DNA from: Verrucomicrobiota bacterium
Lineage (GTDB): Bacteria; Verrucomicrobiota; Kiritimatiellia; JAHIZV01
Length of the DNA: 64,000 nucleotides
Assembly: GCA_018814445.1 (NCBI GenBank)
Contig: JAHIZV010000113.1
Coordinates: 12,679 to 76,678, forward strand
Direction: 5' to 3'
Position numbers and translations under genes: made by a program. This document shows, piece after piece, positions 47,290 to 55,647 of this stretch (its first letter is position 1; each line of letters opens with the position of its first letter). The notes beneath the pieces were generated by a model. It searched no databases and was not told the origin of the DNA. It was given only the letters and a program-made list of their open reading frames with translations.

Positions 47290-47483
47290 AAGGCAGGACC
47301 AGGTCCATTAGGCGCGTCCTTTGCCTCCCTCCGTCCTCGCCCCGTCCTCGCCCCGGGACATGCTTCTTTCCTTTGCGGGCTCCGTTCGGGGGCCGACGCG
47401 GTGACGCGCCCTGAACAGGATTGCGCCTTTGACTACCCCCCCGCCAACGTGCTAAAGACACGCACTTTTCACGGGAGAATTTC

Positions 47484-48467
47484 ATGAAGGTGCTGGTAAC
47501 AGGCGGAACAGGTTTCACAGGAAAGGCGCTGGTACGGCGGCTCCTCGACGAAGGCTATGAGGTCGTCGCGCTGGACTACAAAGAGGGTCTGAAGACCGAG
47601 GAACTGCGCGCGTGGGGCGCGGATGTCCGCATCGGCTCCGTGACCGATAAGGACGTCGTGGCCGAATGCATGAAAGGCGTCGACTACGTCCAGCATCTGG
47701 CGGCCGCCTTTCGGGAATTGGACGTACCGAACGAGTACTATGAAGAGGTGAACGTCGGCGGCACGAGGCTCACACTCGAAGCCGCGCACAAGGAGGGCGT
47801 AAAGAAGTTCGTCTACTGCAGCACGTGCGGCGTACACGGCAACATCGATAATCCGCCCGGCGGCGAGGACGCGCCGATTCAGCCCGCCGACTACTACCAG
47901 AGAACGAAGTATGAAGCAGAGCCAGTTGTGAGAGAGTACTTCGAGAAAGGCCTCAAGACCGTCATCCTCCGCCCCGCGGCTATTTACGGTCCCGGCGACC
48001 CCGAACGGTTTTTCATGATCTTTAAACGAGTGGCGTCAGGTAGATTTCCAATGTTTGGAAACGGCAGGACCTACTACCATCCACTCTACATCGACAACCT
48101 GATCGATGCCTGCATGCTCGCCATGCAAGAGGGCAAGGGTGACGGAAACGCATACCTTATTGCCGACGAGGAGTATCTTGAGATCGAGGAACTCGTGAAG
48201 CGGACGGCCAAGGCTCTCGGAGTCGACGTGAAGATACCTCATTACCCCGTCTGGCCCGTCGTCGTCCTGGGGCATATCTGTGAGAAAGCCTTCAAGCCCT
48301 TTCACATCGTTCCCCCCATCTTCCCTCGCCGCGTCGACTGGTATCGCCAGAACCGCGCCTTCAAGATCGACAACGCGAAGCACGACCTCGGATACCAGCC
48401 CAAAATCGGCATCGATGAGGGACTGAGAAGAACAGGCGAATGGTACAAGGCAGAAGGCTATCTTTGA
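47484..48467 (+). CDS. NAD-dependent nucleotide-sugar epimerase/dehydratase (extended SDR)
   Basis: VTGGTGFTG, HLAA, STCGVHG, YxxxK (YQRTK), RPAAIYGPGD. Confidence 0.92.
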   Translation: MKVLVTGGTGFTGKALVRRLLDEGYEVVALDYKEGLKTEELRAWGADVRIGSVTDKDVVAECMKGVDYVQHLAAAFRELDVPNEYYEEVNVGGTRLTLEAAHKEGVKKFVYCSTCGVHGNIDNPPGGEDAPIQPADYYQRTKYEAEPVVREYFEKGLKTVILRPAAIYGPGDPERFFMIFKRVASGRFPMFGNGRTYYHPLYIDNLIDACMLAMQEGKGDGNAYLIADEEYLEIEELVKRTAKALGVDVKIPHYPVWPVVVLGHICEKAFKPFHIVPPIFPRRVDWYRQNRAFKIDNAKHDLGYQPKIGIDEGLRRTGEWYKAEGYL

Positions 48468-49646
48468 TCAGTCGCCGAAAACCATCTCCCGATAACGCCG
48501 CGTAATCACGTCCCACGAGTAGTTGCTCAGGACATAGCGCCTGCCCGCTTCGCCCATGCGTCCGGCTGCATCGCCGTTGGCCAGAAGATAATCGAGGCAT
48601 CCCCTGAACTCTCCGTAGCTGGTGAAATAGAGCCCGCCGCCGGATTCAACCACATGTTCGCGCGTGACAGCGCAGTCGCCATGCACAAGGCAAGGCGTGC
48701 GGCATGTCCATGACTCCATCACGACGATGGAGAAACTCTCGTTGAGAGAGGGCTGACAGAATACCGAAGCGGCCGAATAGGCGTCCTTCTTGTCCTGATC
48801 AGGGACATATCCAAGATCGACAATGCCTGCTTCCATATCTTCGGGAATCGAGAGGGATCCAGGTCCCATCAGCACCAGACGAACGTCGTCACCGCGCTCT
48901 TTTCTGTACGCCGAGAAGTGCCGAACCAATGTGTGGACATTCTTGGTTTCGTGTTTCCTGCCCGCATAAAGAATGAATCGACCCTCGATCCCGTACTTGC
49001 TGCGAAAGCGCCCGCCGTCCGATTCAAACTCCGTATCGATCCCCTCTCCCAACAGTATTCCCCGTCCGTTGAGATCGCCATAGAGATCCTGTGCAAGCCT
49101 CTGTTCAGAACCCGCATGGAATACCACCTTGCCGACTCTTGAGAACATCTCCCGGAAAAGCCCCATTCGCGCGTACGCTTCATCGTGGAGACACGGAATC
49201 AGAACGCTCCTGTCGCCGCACAGCATGGACCCGTAGTACGTCGTTCCGAAAAGATACGGAATAAAGCAGATCCAGTCGTACCGCGCATGGTGTTCGGCGA
49301 GATACCGGTAGAGCCCGAAGCTGTTGATGTGCATTGCAATAAATTGTTTCTCTTCGTCCAAACTCAGGCGTTGTCCGCCCGTCAGCATGCGCTGGTTCAG
49401 TTGAGCGAACGGCGTGAGGTCAACGGGTTCGGTGCGGAAGCGGCGAATGACCAGCCCGTTCTCGGAACTCTCGCCCTGCTTGTAGTAGTTGACGTTCCAG
49501 TCATGCTGGAGATCGAGAGCGCACGTAGTGAGAATCTCGACGTTGATGCCTGTCGCGGCAAGGTGGATGGCGGTGTTCCGGCACTCGGACTCGGCGCCCC
49601 CGGCAGCGCGGTTGCCGTAGAAAGGAGCGACAAACGCAATGTTCAC
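48468..49646 (-). CDS. GT4 glycosyltransferase
   Basis: Y.GR...TKN, LG.V....K...Y..A..FCQPSLNESFSIV..E.W. Confidence 0.9.
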   Translation of the reverse strand: MNIAFVAPFYGNRAAGGAESECRNTAIHLAATGINVEILTTCALDLQHDWNVNYYKQGESSENGLVIRRFRTEPVDLTPFAQLNQRMLTGGQRLSLDEEKQFIAMHINSFGLYRYLAEHHARYDWICFIPYLFGTTYYGSMLCGDRSVLIPCLHDEAYARMGLFREMFSRVGKVVFHAGSEQRLAQDLYGDLNGRGILLGEGIDTEFESDGGRFRSKYGIEGRFILYAGRKHETKNVHTLVRHFSAYRKERGDDVRLVLMGPGSLSIPEDMEAGIVDLGYVPDQDKKDAYSAASVFCQPSLNESFSIVVMESWTCRTPCLVHGDCAVTREHVVESGGGLYFTSYGEFRGCLDYLLANGDAAGRMGEAGRRYVLSNYSWDVITRRYREMVFGD

Positions 49647-50113
49647 TTGTCCTCGCTCTCCCCCGCCTGATCAAGCTTCTCTTCGATTCGACGCAGACGC
49701 TCCTCGATATTCATGTCATCGTACTCGCCGAGGCGCTCACTCAGTTGAGCAAGCATGCTGATCCGACGCTGGGTCTTCTCGAGAAGCTCTGAGGACTCCG
49801 GAGCATCCCCTCCTTCGAGAATCCTGACGAGCTTGTTCAGCACGCGAACAACGCCCGCGTGAAACTCGTTGATTTCACCTGTAAGAGGACGGATGAGTCG
49901 GTAGACCAGCTTCGTAAGCAGGCCGAGTGCACCGGCGGGGACTTTCTGTCCTGCCGCGCAGGCTCGGTTGGCGGCTGCAAGGTTCTCATGCAGGTCGTTC
50001 TCTGCCCGTACGCCTTCGCGAAAGTCCACGGGAATGGAAGCCTCGGCGTCGGATACGCTCTTCCGTATCTCTTCTACGATCGCCTCCACATCGGGCTTTT
50101 TCTGCTCGTTCAT
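49643..50113 (-). CDS. Coiled-coil hypothetical protein resembling the N-terminal module of glycan chain-length/terminating methyltransferases
   Basis: DVEAIVEEIRKSV...KLVYRLIRPL...INEFH..VV..L; start ATG 50113; coupled to GT4. Confidence 0.55.
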   Translation of the reverse strand: MNEQKKPDVEAIVEEIRKSVSDAEASIPVDFREGVRAENDLHENLAAANRACAAGQKVPAGALGLLTKLVYRLIRPLTGEINEFHAGVVRVLNKLVRILEGGDAPESSELLEKTQRRISMLAQLSERLGEYDDMNIEERLRRIEEKLDQAGESEDK

Positions 50114-50219
50114 CGTGACGCAGAGGATTGCACCAGCCAACGGAACCGTCAAGTTCCCAAGCTGTTGACGGGAGACCCGGTAACGGCTAGAAAGGGATTG
50201 CTCACTGAAATACGGCGCC

Positions 50220-51734
50220 ATGCAAACAGGAAAGACTCAGTTCGAGAGAATACTGCAACTCATCATCATGGCCGGCTGTGCCATGTTTCTGCTGACTCTC
50301 TGCATCATCGCCATCGGGCAGATTTTCTACCCCTACGAGCTTGAATGGATGGAAGGCGGCATGGTCGACCAGGTGGCACGGATTATTGCGGGAAAACCGC
50401 TTTATGCCGCCCCCGCACTCTCATTCGTACCCTACACGTACACTCCCCTCTATTTGCATCTGTGCGCGTGGGCGTCCCGATTCACAGGACTCAGCTTCAT
50501 GACCCTGCGGCTCGTGGCTTTCCTGAGTACGCTTGGATGCTTCTTCATGATCTTCCTGGTGGTCGTGCGGGAGACCCGGTCCGCGTTCTTCGCATTTCTG
50601 TCATGCGGCCTCTTTGCGGCCATGTATCATCTCGGAGGCTCGTGGTACGCCGTTGCGCGCGCCGACATGCTCCTTTTCTTCCTCATGCTGGTCGGCGTGT
50701 ATCTCCTGCAGGACAGGAAAGAGCATATTCTGAAAACAGCCGCCGCAGCCGTGCTCTTCTGCCTTGCGTTTTTCTGCAAGCAGACCGCTCTTTTCGTCTG
50801 CGCTCCCCTGGCCGTCTATACTCTTGTCTTCTTCCGCGGTGTGAACCGTATCGTGTTCCCTCTGATTGTTGCCGGTCTGATTTTTGCCGGAACGTGGTGG
50901 CAAGACAGCATCTCGGATGGATGGTTCAGCTTCTACGTGTTTGAATTGCCGGCCCATCACAGGCTGGTGCCGTTCCGTATTGCTTCATTCTGGATCAAGG
51001 ACATCCTCTCCCCCCTGTTCATCACATCCTGTCTCTGCGCCGTGTATGGCCTGAGTCTTCTGCGTTCAAGGAACTTCAAGAAGTTCTTCTTCGCTTTCCT
51101 TGTGCTTGGCGGACTCGTCTGCGCCTCCTTCCTCGTACGCATCAGGACGGGCGCTTTCGCCAACACCGTTCTACCTGCTTATCTTGGCGCGGCCGTGTTC
51201 TTCGGAATTGCCGCACACTCCGTGATGATGAGCATACGGAACACTGGAGTGACTCACTTCTACAACGCCGTACTTCTTGCGTGCCTCGCGCAGTTGATGT
51301 TTCTTTTCTACGACCCCACGGTTCAGATTCCGACGAGGGATGACCGTGATGCCGGCGATCATCTGATCGAATTGATACAGCGTTTCTCGGGCGAGGTGTA
51401 TATTCCCGCGCACAGCCACTATGCGGTGATGGCGGGCCGACCCGCACTCGCACAGCAGGTGGCAAGCTACGACATCGAGCGCAGTAACCGGCCGGACATT
51501 GTCGCACCTTTCACTAACGAGCTTCACTCGGCCATCAGCACGGGTCGTTTCGACGCGATTATTCTGGACCATCCATGGCATATCGATGCCATGGACCGGT
51601 ATGAGTACCGCGGTGACCTCTTCAACAACGACGTCGTGTTCTGGCCCGTCACCGGACGCCGCATTCGCCCCAAGGGCGTCTACGTTCGCAGGGATCTGGA
51701 TGTGGATATCAGCGATCTGATCCAGGGACCGTGA
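50220..51734 (+). CDS. GT-C fold membrane glycosyltransferase (ArnT/PMT-like) #1
   Basis: About 11-13 TMs; acidic first loop YELEWMEG, Y.PLY, R..SF..T, AR.DM, KQT. Confidence 0.75.
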   Translation: MQTGKTQFERILQLIIMAGCAMFLLTLCIIAIGQIFYPYELEWMEGGMVDQVARIIAGKPLYAAPALSFVPYTYTPLYLHLCAWASRFTGLSFMTLRLVAFLSTLGCFFMIFLVVVRETRSAFFAFLSCGLFAAMYHLGGSWYAVARADMLLFFLMLVGVYLLQDRKEHILKTAAAAVLFCLAFFCKQTALFVCAPLAVYTLVFFRGVNRIVFPLIVAGLIFAGTWWQDSISDGWFSFYVFELPAHHRLVPFRIASFWIKDILSPLFITSCLCAVYGLSLLRSRNFKKFFFAFLVLGGLVCASFLVRIRTGAFANTVLPAYLGAAVFFGIAAHSVMMSIRNTGVTHFYNAVLLACLAQLMFLFYDPTVQIPTRDDRDAGDHLIELIQRFSGEVYIPAHSHYAVMAGRPALAQQVASYDIERSNRPDIVAPFTNELHSAISTGRFDAIILDHPWHIDAMDRYEYRGDLFNNDVVFWPVTGRRIRPKGVYVRRDLDVDISDLIQGP

Positions 51735-51802
51735 CCGGGGAACGTCTATTTCCCGTAGTGAGTACGCGGCCTGTGGATATAGACCACACGCTTCTTCGTG
51801 TC

Positions 51803-53401
51803 TTAGTCAATTCGCCAAAGACCCAGATCCGGCGTGTCGGTGTGGGTCAGGACTTCGCGGAAAGTGGCAACGCGCCTGCTGTCGCTGACCTCAAATGATC
51901 CCGCGCTCTTCCGGTAGAGCGGCGAGAGCACTTCCACTTCGTATCCTCCGGGCGTCACGGCAACGTTGTACCAGGTTTGTTGCCTGGCGGATGCGGGATC
52001 TACCGGTCCGAGCCAGTACTGGATCCCCTTCTCTTTCAGATACCCGCTGATCCCCAGTCGGAGAATGTCGTCGTTATACTGGAAGTCATTGATGAGCCCG
52101 TCTGTCGAAAGAATATTGCAGCCGGAGTGGTACGCGATGATTCCCGGCCAGTCGTAGATGATGATGTTCGTCCCCTCCGGGAAATGCGCTCCGAGCCAGT
52201 TCCCCAATTCCTCCTGCCATCTTCCGCGCGCAGGCTGCCGCGCATAGTCCACGTACGAACGAAGCGTGATGGTCGGCGCCGAATACCTGTACCGGAAGAG
52301 TGCGTATGCATTAATAAGGAGTGACAGGATCAGTGCGCAAGCCAGCATCACTTTGGGTGCAAGCAGACGCTTGAGGAACAGCAAGTTGCCGGCGACGATC
52401 TCCGTCAGGATCGCGAACGAAAGCGACATATTCATCGCGCCGCTGAAGTAGTACCAGGGCCACTTGGTGTGGTGGTTCGTCAGGAAGATGATTTGCATCG
52501 CATGGAGAAGCACTCCCACGGACAGAATCAGAAACGTCGCCCTTCGAGCCCGGTCGCAGAAAGCCGTGGCACAGAGGATCAGGTTGACGGCCGCGAACAG
52601 CATGCAGACCTTGCCGAGCGAACTGACCCCGCCGAGATTAAAGAACAAACCGGACTGGGCGCTTTTGATCGAACCGCTGATGGGAACCAGGTGGCCGAAG
52701 GTGAAGTAGTTGAGGGCGAGATAAGGACTCACCACAAGAAGGAACGGAAGGAAGAGAAACAGCGCTGTCTTGATGACCTTCCGCGAGAGCAGGTTCGCGA
52801 CCCGCCAGTCCGCGCACTCGAGTGTTGTGAACAGAAACAGCGAACCAATGACGAAAATGTTGTCCAGCCGGGCGAGGGCTGCAAGACCCGCGATCACGCC
52901 GACTACCGCGAAACGCAGTGGCTCCCTGCCGCGCCCGAACAAAGCTACCAGCGCAGCGTACACCGCGCCGATGACCAGGAACCCGTTGAGATAACCCTCG
53001 CACGCGTAGAGACGGGTCGCGTAGTAGACGAACAGGATCGGCAGGGCCATGAACCAGTACTTGAGCCTGAGCAGGCGGGAGATGCGGTAGATGAAGTAGA
53101 TAATCCCTAGAGCCAGCACCTGCTGGAACGCGATCACAATGTGCAGGGCCAGGAGCTTGTCCCCATGGGCAAGAAAGAAGGCTGCCACGCAGAATACCAT
53201 CCAGAGCGGATGATAACCGTTGGTTGGAACGATGCGGTTGAATGTGCTTCCGTAGCCCGCGTAGATATTGTGAGCGACCTGAAGGTAGAAATAGGAATCA
53301 TCAGCGGGATAGTTGTCGGGCCGGACATGCGCCGGGATGATGAAGGACAGCAACACGGCCGCTCCCAGAATGACTGCCAGGATGGTTGTTCCTTTGCTCA
53401 T
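51803..53401 (-). CDS. GT-C fold membrane glycosyltransferase #2
   Basis: First-loop DDSYFYLQVAHNI..G.G.TF....TNGYHPLW; multiple TMs; LARLD; G.IAY..G...DGLIND. Confidence 0.75.
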   Translation of the reverse strand: MSKGTTILAVILGAAVLLSFIIPAHVRPDNYPADDSYFYLQVAHNIYAGYGSTFNRIVPTNGYHPLWMVFCVAAFFLAHGDKLLALHIVIAFQQVLALGIIYFIYRISRLLRLKYWFMALPILFVYYATRLYACEGYLNGFLVIGAVYAALVALFGRGREPLRFAVVGVIAGLAALARLDNIFVIGSLFLFTTLECADWRVANLLSRKVIKTALFLFLPFLLVVSPYLALNYFTFGHLVPISGSIKSAQSGLFFNLGGVSSLGKVCMLFAAVNLILCATAFCDRARRATFLILSVGVLLHAMQIIFLTNHHTKWPWYYFSGAMNMSLSFAILTEIVAGNLLFLKRLLAPKVMLACALILSLLINAYALFRYRYSAPTITLRSYVDYARQPARGRWQEELGNWLGAHFPEGTNIIIYDWPGIIAYHSGCNILSTDGLINDFQYNDDILRLGISGYLKEKGIQYWLGPVDPASARQQTWYNVAVTPGGYEVEVLSPLYRKSAGSFEVSDSRRVATFREVLTHTDTPDLGLWRID

Positions 53402-55437
53402 TTTGTCACATATATCTCAATCTCCCCCACAGTCCAGTCACGCCCCTCGTTGACTTCCGCGACCTCGATTCGCAGGGCGTCTGTAGTGACTGCGGGAAAG
53501 CGGATTGTCTGGACCTGGTTTCCGTACACAGGGTGACCGTTCACGAACTCGAACGCGTCCAGACTTTCGGGAACCTTCGAGAGCACGGTCTGCCACCGCC
53601 GGCCTTTCTTCCGCGCCAGGATGTTCAGTGAGACCGCCCGGTCATGATGATAGTAATTGTAGAACATCGCCACGCGCGTCACAGGCACGGGCTGAGGGAA
53701 TTCGATATCGATGAACATGCCGCCTGCCTGTGCGCGGTGTGAACGCCAGCGCGAGACATAGTTGCCGTCCTTCAACAACGCGGCATCCTGCGGATAGTCG
53801 CTGACCGAGATGTTCAGATCTTCGGCATCAAGCCTCCGGTCTCGATCAGGCTTTTCCTGCGCGAAGTCGGTATAGACCTTGAACTCCCCACACGTTTCAA
53901 TTCGGGAGGTTACATGCATGGCAGACAGATCGTACTCCAGGTCTTCAGGCCTGAACCTGTAGCTGGGACCCAGGACGAACGCCACATTTGTTGATGCGTC
54001 GACCACATCCTTGTAAGGGAGAGGCCAGCCGAAGAAACGCTCGTTATAGGGCTGTGCACAGATGATCTTCTCGTCCGTCACATAGTCGATGTTGTAGGCG
54101 TCGAAATACGACGCGTAGCATCGGGTTATTCCGCGCGACTCCATGTATTCGACCGGTGGACCAACCGGCGTGAACACTTTGAAGTCCTCCGCCTTCCACC
54201 GGGAATTCAGAGCCACCGCCGTCGCTATGTTGAGCACGGCCAGGAGAACTGCGAGCCACCCCAGCACAACGCGGACGGGCCGCCGAGACACCGCGTACAG
54301 GAACGCGATCCCAAACGGGAGATACCACGCCAACGGCAGGAGGTAGCGGAATTCGTGCGAAGCCGACCTCCTGTTCACGATGAACAGCAGAACGCACACC
54401 CATGACAATCCGGCAAAGAGATCTGCAGTCTCAATCGACGGCCATTTGTTCTTCGCCCATCTCCCGATGAAACGCCACACGCATACGAGCGTCAGAAGAA
54501 CCGTCAGGATGATCCAGAGCACGGCGAAGACGCGGAGCCACGCCTGCGGCACGACCCCGACCATCTCCAGGGAATCAGGCCAGACGGTGCACTGCATTCC
54601 AAGCGCCGATGGCAGAGTGAATTTCATCGTCGGGTCCCAAAGGCGACCGAAGGCGTCGTTCCACGGAACGAGACTGGAGACGGCGGCAAACGCCCCGGGA
54701 TATATTTTCTTCGCGTAGAAGTACGGGGACATTCCGATCAGCGCGCTGACCGCGAACGCCGGCGTCGAGAAAGCGGCCTTCCTCCAGTTTGTTCCCAGGC
54801 AGACCATCACACCCACGCCCGCCAGAATCGGGACCGCCAGCAATGTGCCGCTGAACGCCACCCCGGAAATGAGTCCGGCGGCGACGGCCCACGGGAGATA
54901 GCCACTCTCCCTTTCCCTGTGCATCTGCGCCGCCCAGACGGCCATTGCGGAAAGGCACATGAACGACGGATAGCTCGGAAGGGCGTAGCCGACCTGCAGG
55001 GAAAGGAAATACGCTGACGGGAAGAGGACCAGCAGCACGCCCGGCCAGACCTCGCGGAGCCTGCCCCAGCGAACGAGAATCAGGAGCGAAAACACGACGG
55101 TTGCCAGGCCGAGCAATGCGGCGCCGGTCCTCGGCCCGATCGCGTTCCTCGGGAGGAACCTGATGAACGGCGCGTACATGTAAGCCTCGAGAGGAAACAG
55201 GTACGGCTGGGCCATGAAAAGCAGCGGGTACCGCCCTTTGACCCACATGGGATGCCTCTTCGCCTTCATTTCAAACGAAGCGTCATCCTGCGTTATGCCC
55301 ATAGCCTGCAGGGCGATGATGCTTTCATCACCCGAAACGTGAACCCTCGTCACACTCGTGTGGAACAACACAATCCGATAGCTGCTCGCAAGAGCAATCA
55401 GGAGACAGATTCCCAGGATTGGAATATGTTTTTTCAT
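53398..55437 (-). CDS. GT-C fold glycosyltransferase #3 with C-terminal F5/8-type-C (discoidin/CBM32-like) domain
   Basis: SGDESIIALQA loop, GQ/AQ.Y...LE.Y; C-terminal L.DGN..SRW.S....G..I.I.F.....V..V; ATG 55437 preferred. Confidence 0.75.
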   Translation of the reverse strand: MKKHIPILGICLLIALASSYRIVLFHTSVTRVHVSGDESIIALQAMGITQDDASFEMKAKRHPMWVKGRYPLLFMAQPYLFPLEAYMYAPFIRFLPRNAIGPRTGAALLGLATVVFSLLILVRWGRLREVWPGVLLVLFPSAYFLSLQVGYALPSYPSFMCLSAMAVWAAQMHRERESGYLPWAVAAGLISGVAFSGTLLAVPILAGVGVMVCLGTNWRKAAFSTPAFAVSALIGMSPYFYAKKIYPGAFAAVSSLVPWNDAFGRLWDPTMKFTLPSALGMQCTVWPDSLEMVGVVPQAWLRVFAVLWIILTVLLTLVCVWRFIGRWAKNKWPSIETADLFAGLSWVCVLLFIVNRRSASHEFRYLLPLAWYLPFGIAFLYAVSRRPVRVVLGWLAVLLAVLNIATAVALNSRWKAEDFKVFTPVGPPVEYMESRGITRCYASYFDAYNIDYVTDEKIICAQPYNERFFGWPLPYKDVVDASTNVAFVLGPSYRFRPEDLEYDLSAMHVTSRIETCGEFKVYTDFAQEKPDRDRRLDAEDLNISVSDYPQDAALLKDGNYVSRWRSHRAQAGGMFIDIEFPQPVPVTRVAMFYNYYHHDRAVSLNILARKKGRRWQTVLSKVPESLDAFEFVNGHPVYGNQVQTIRFPAVTTDALRIEVAEVNEGRDWTVGEIEIYVTK

Positions 55438-55647
55438 AGCCCGCGTGACCAACCTCAGCGTCGGCAAAGACCTATAGTGAACGTAAATCGATGTCGAGTG
55501 AATTAATTCCGCCCGCTTTTTCCCGCTTGGCGACCGTGTCTGCGGCGCGACAGATTCCTTGCCTTACTCGAAACCAAGGGGAACCACAGATGGACACGGG
55601 AACCTTTTCTCTTTGGTTCACGGAAAGAGCGCATTACAATCTGTTGC

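Noticed and set aside
46634-47518. 294-aa minus-strand ORF crossing the palindrome
   Set aside because: Antisense to the YdjM gene; the self-complementary stretch reads the same on both strands
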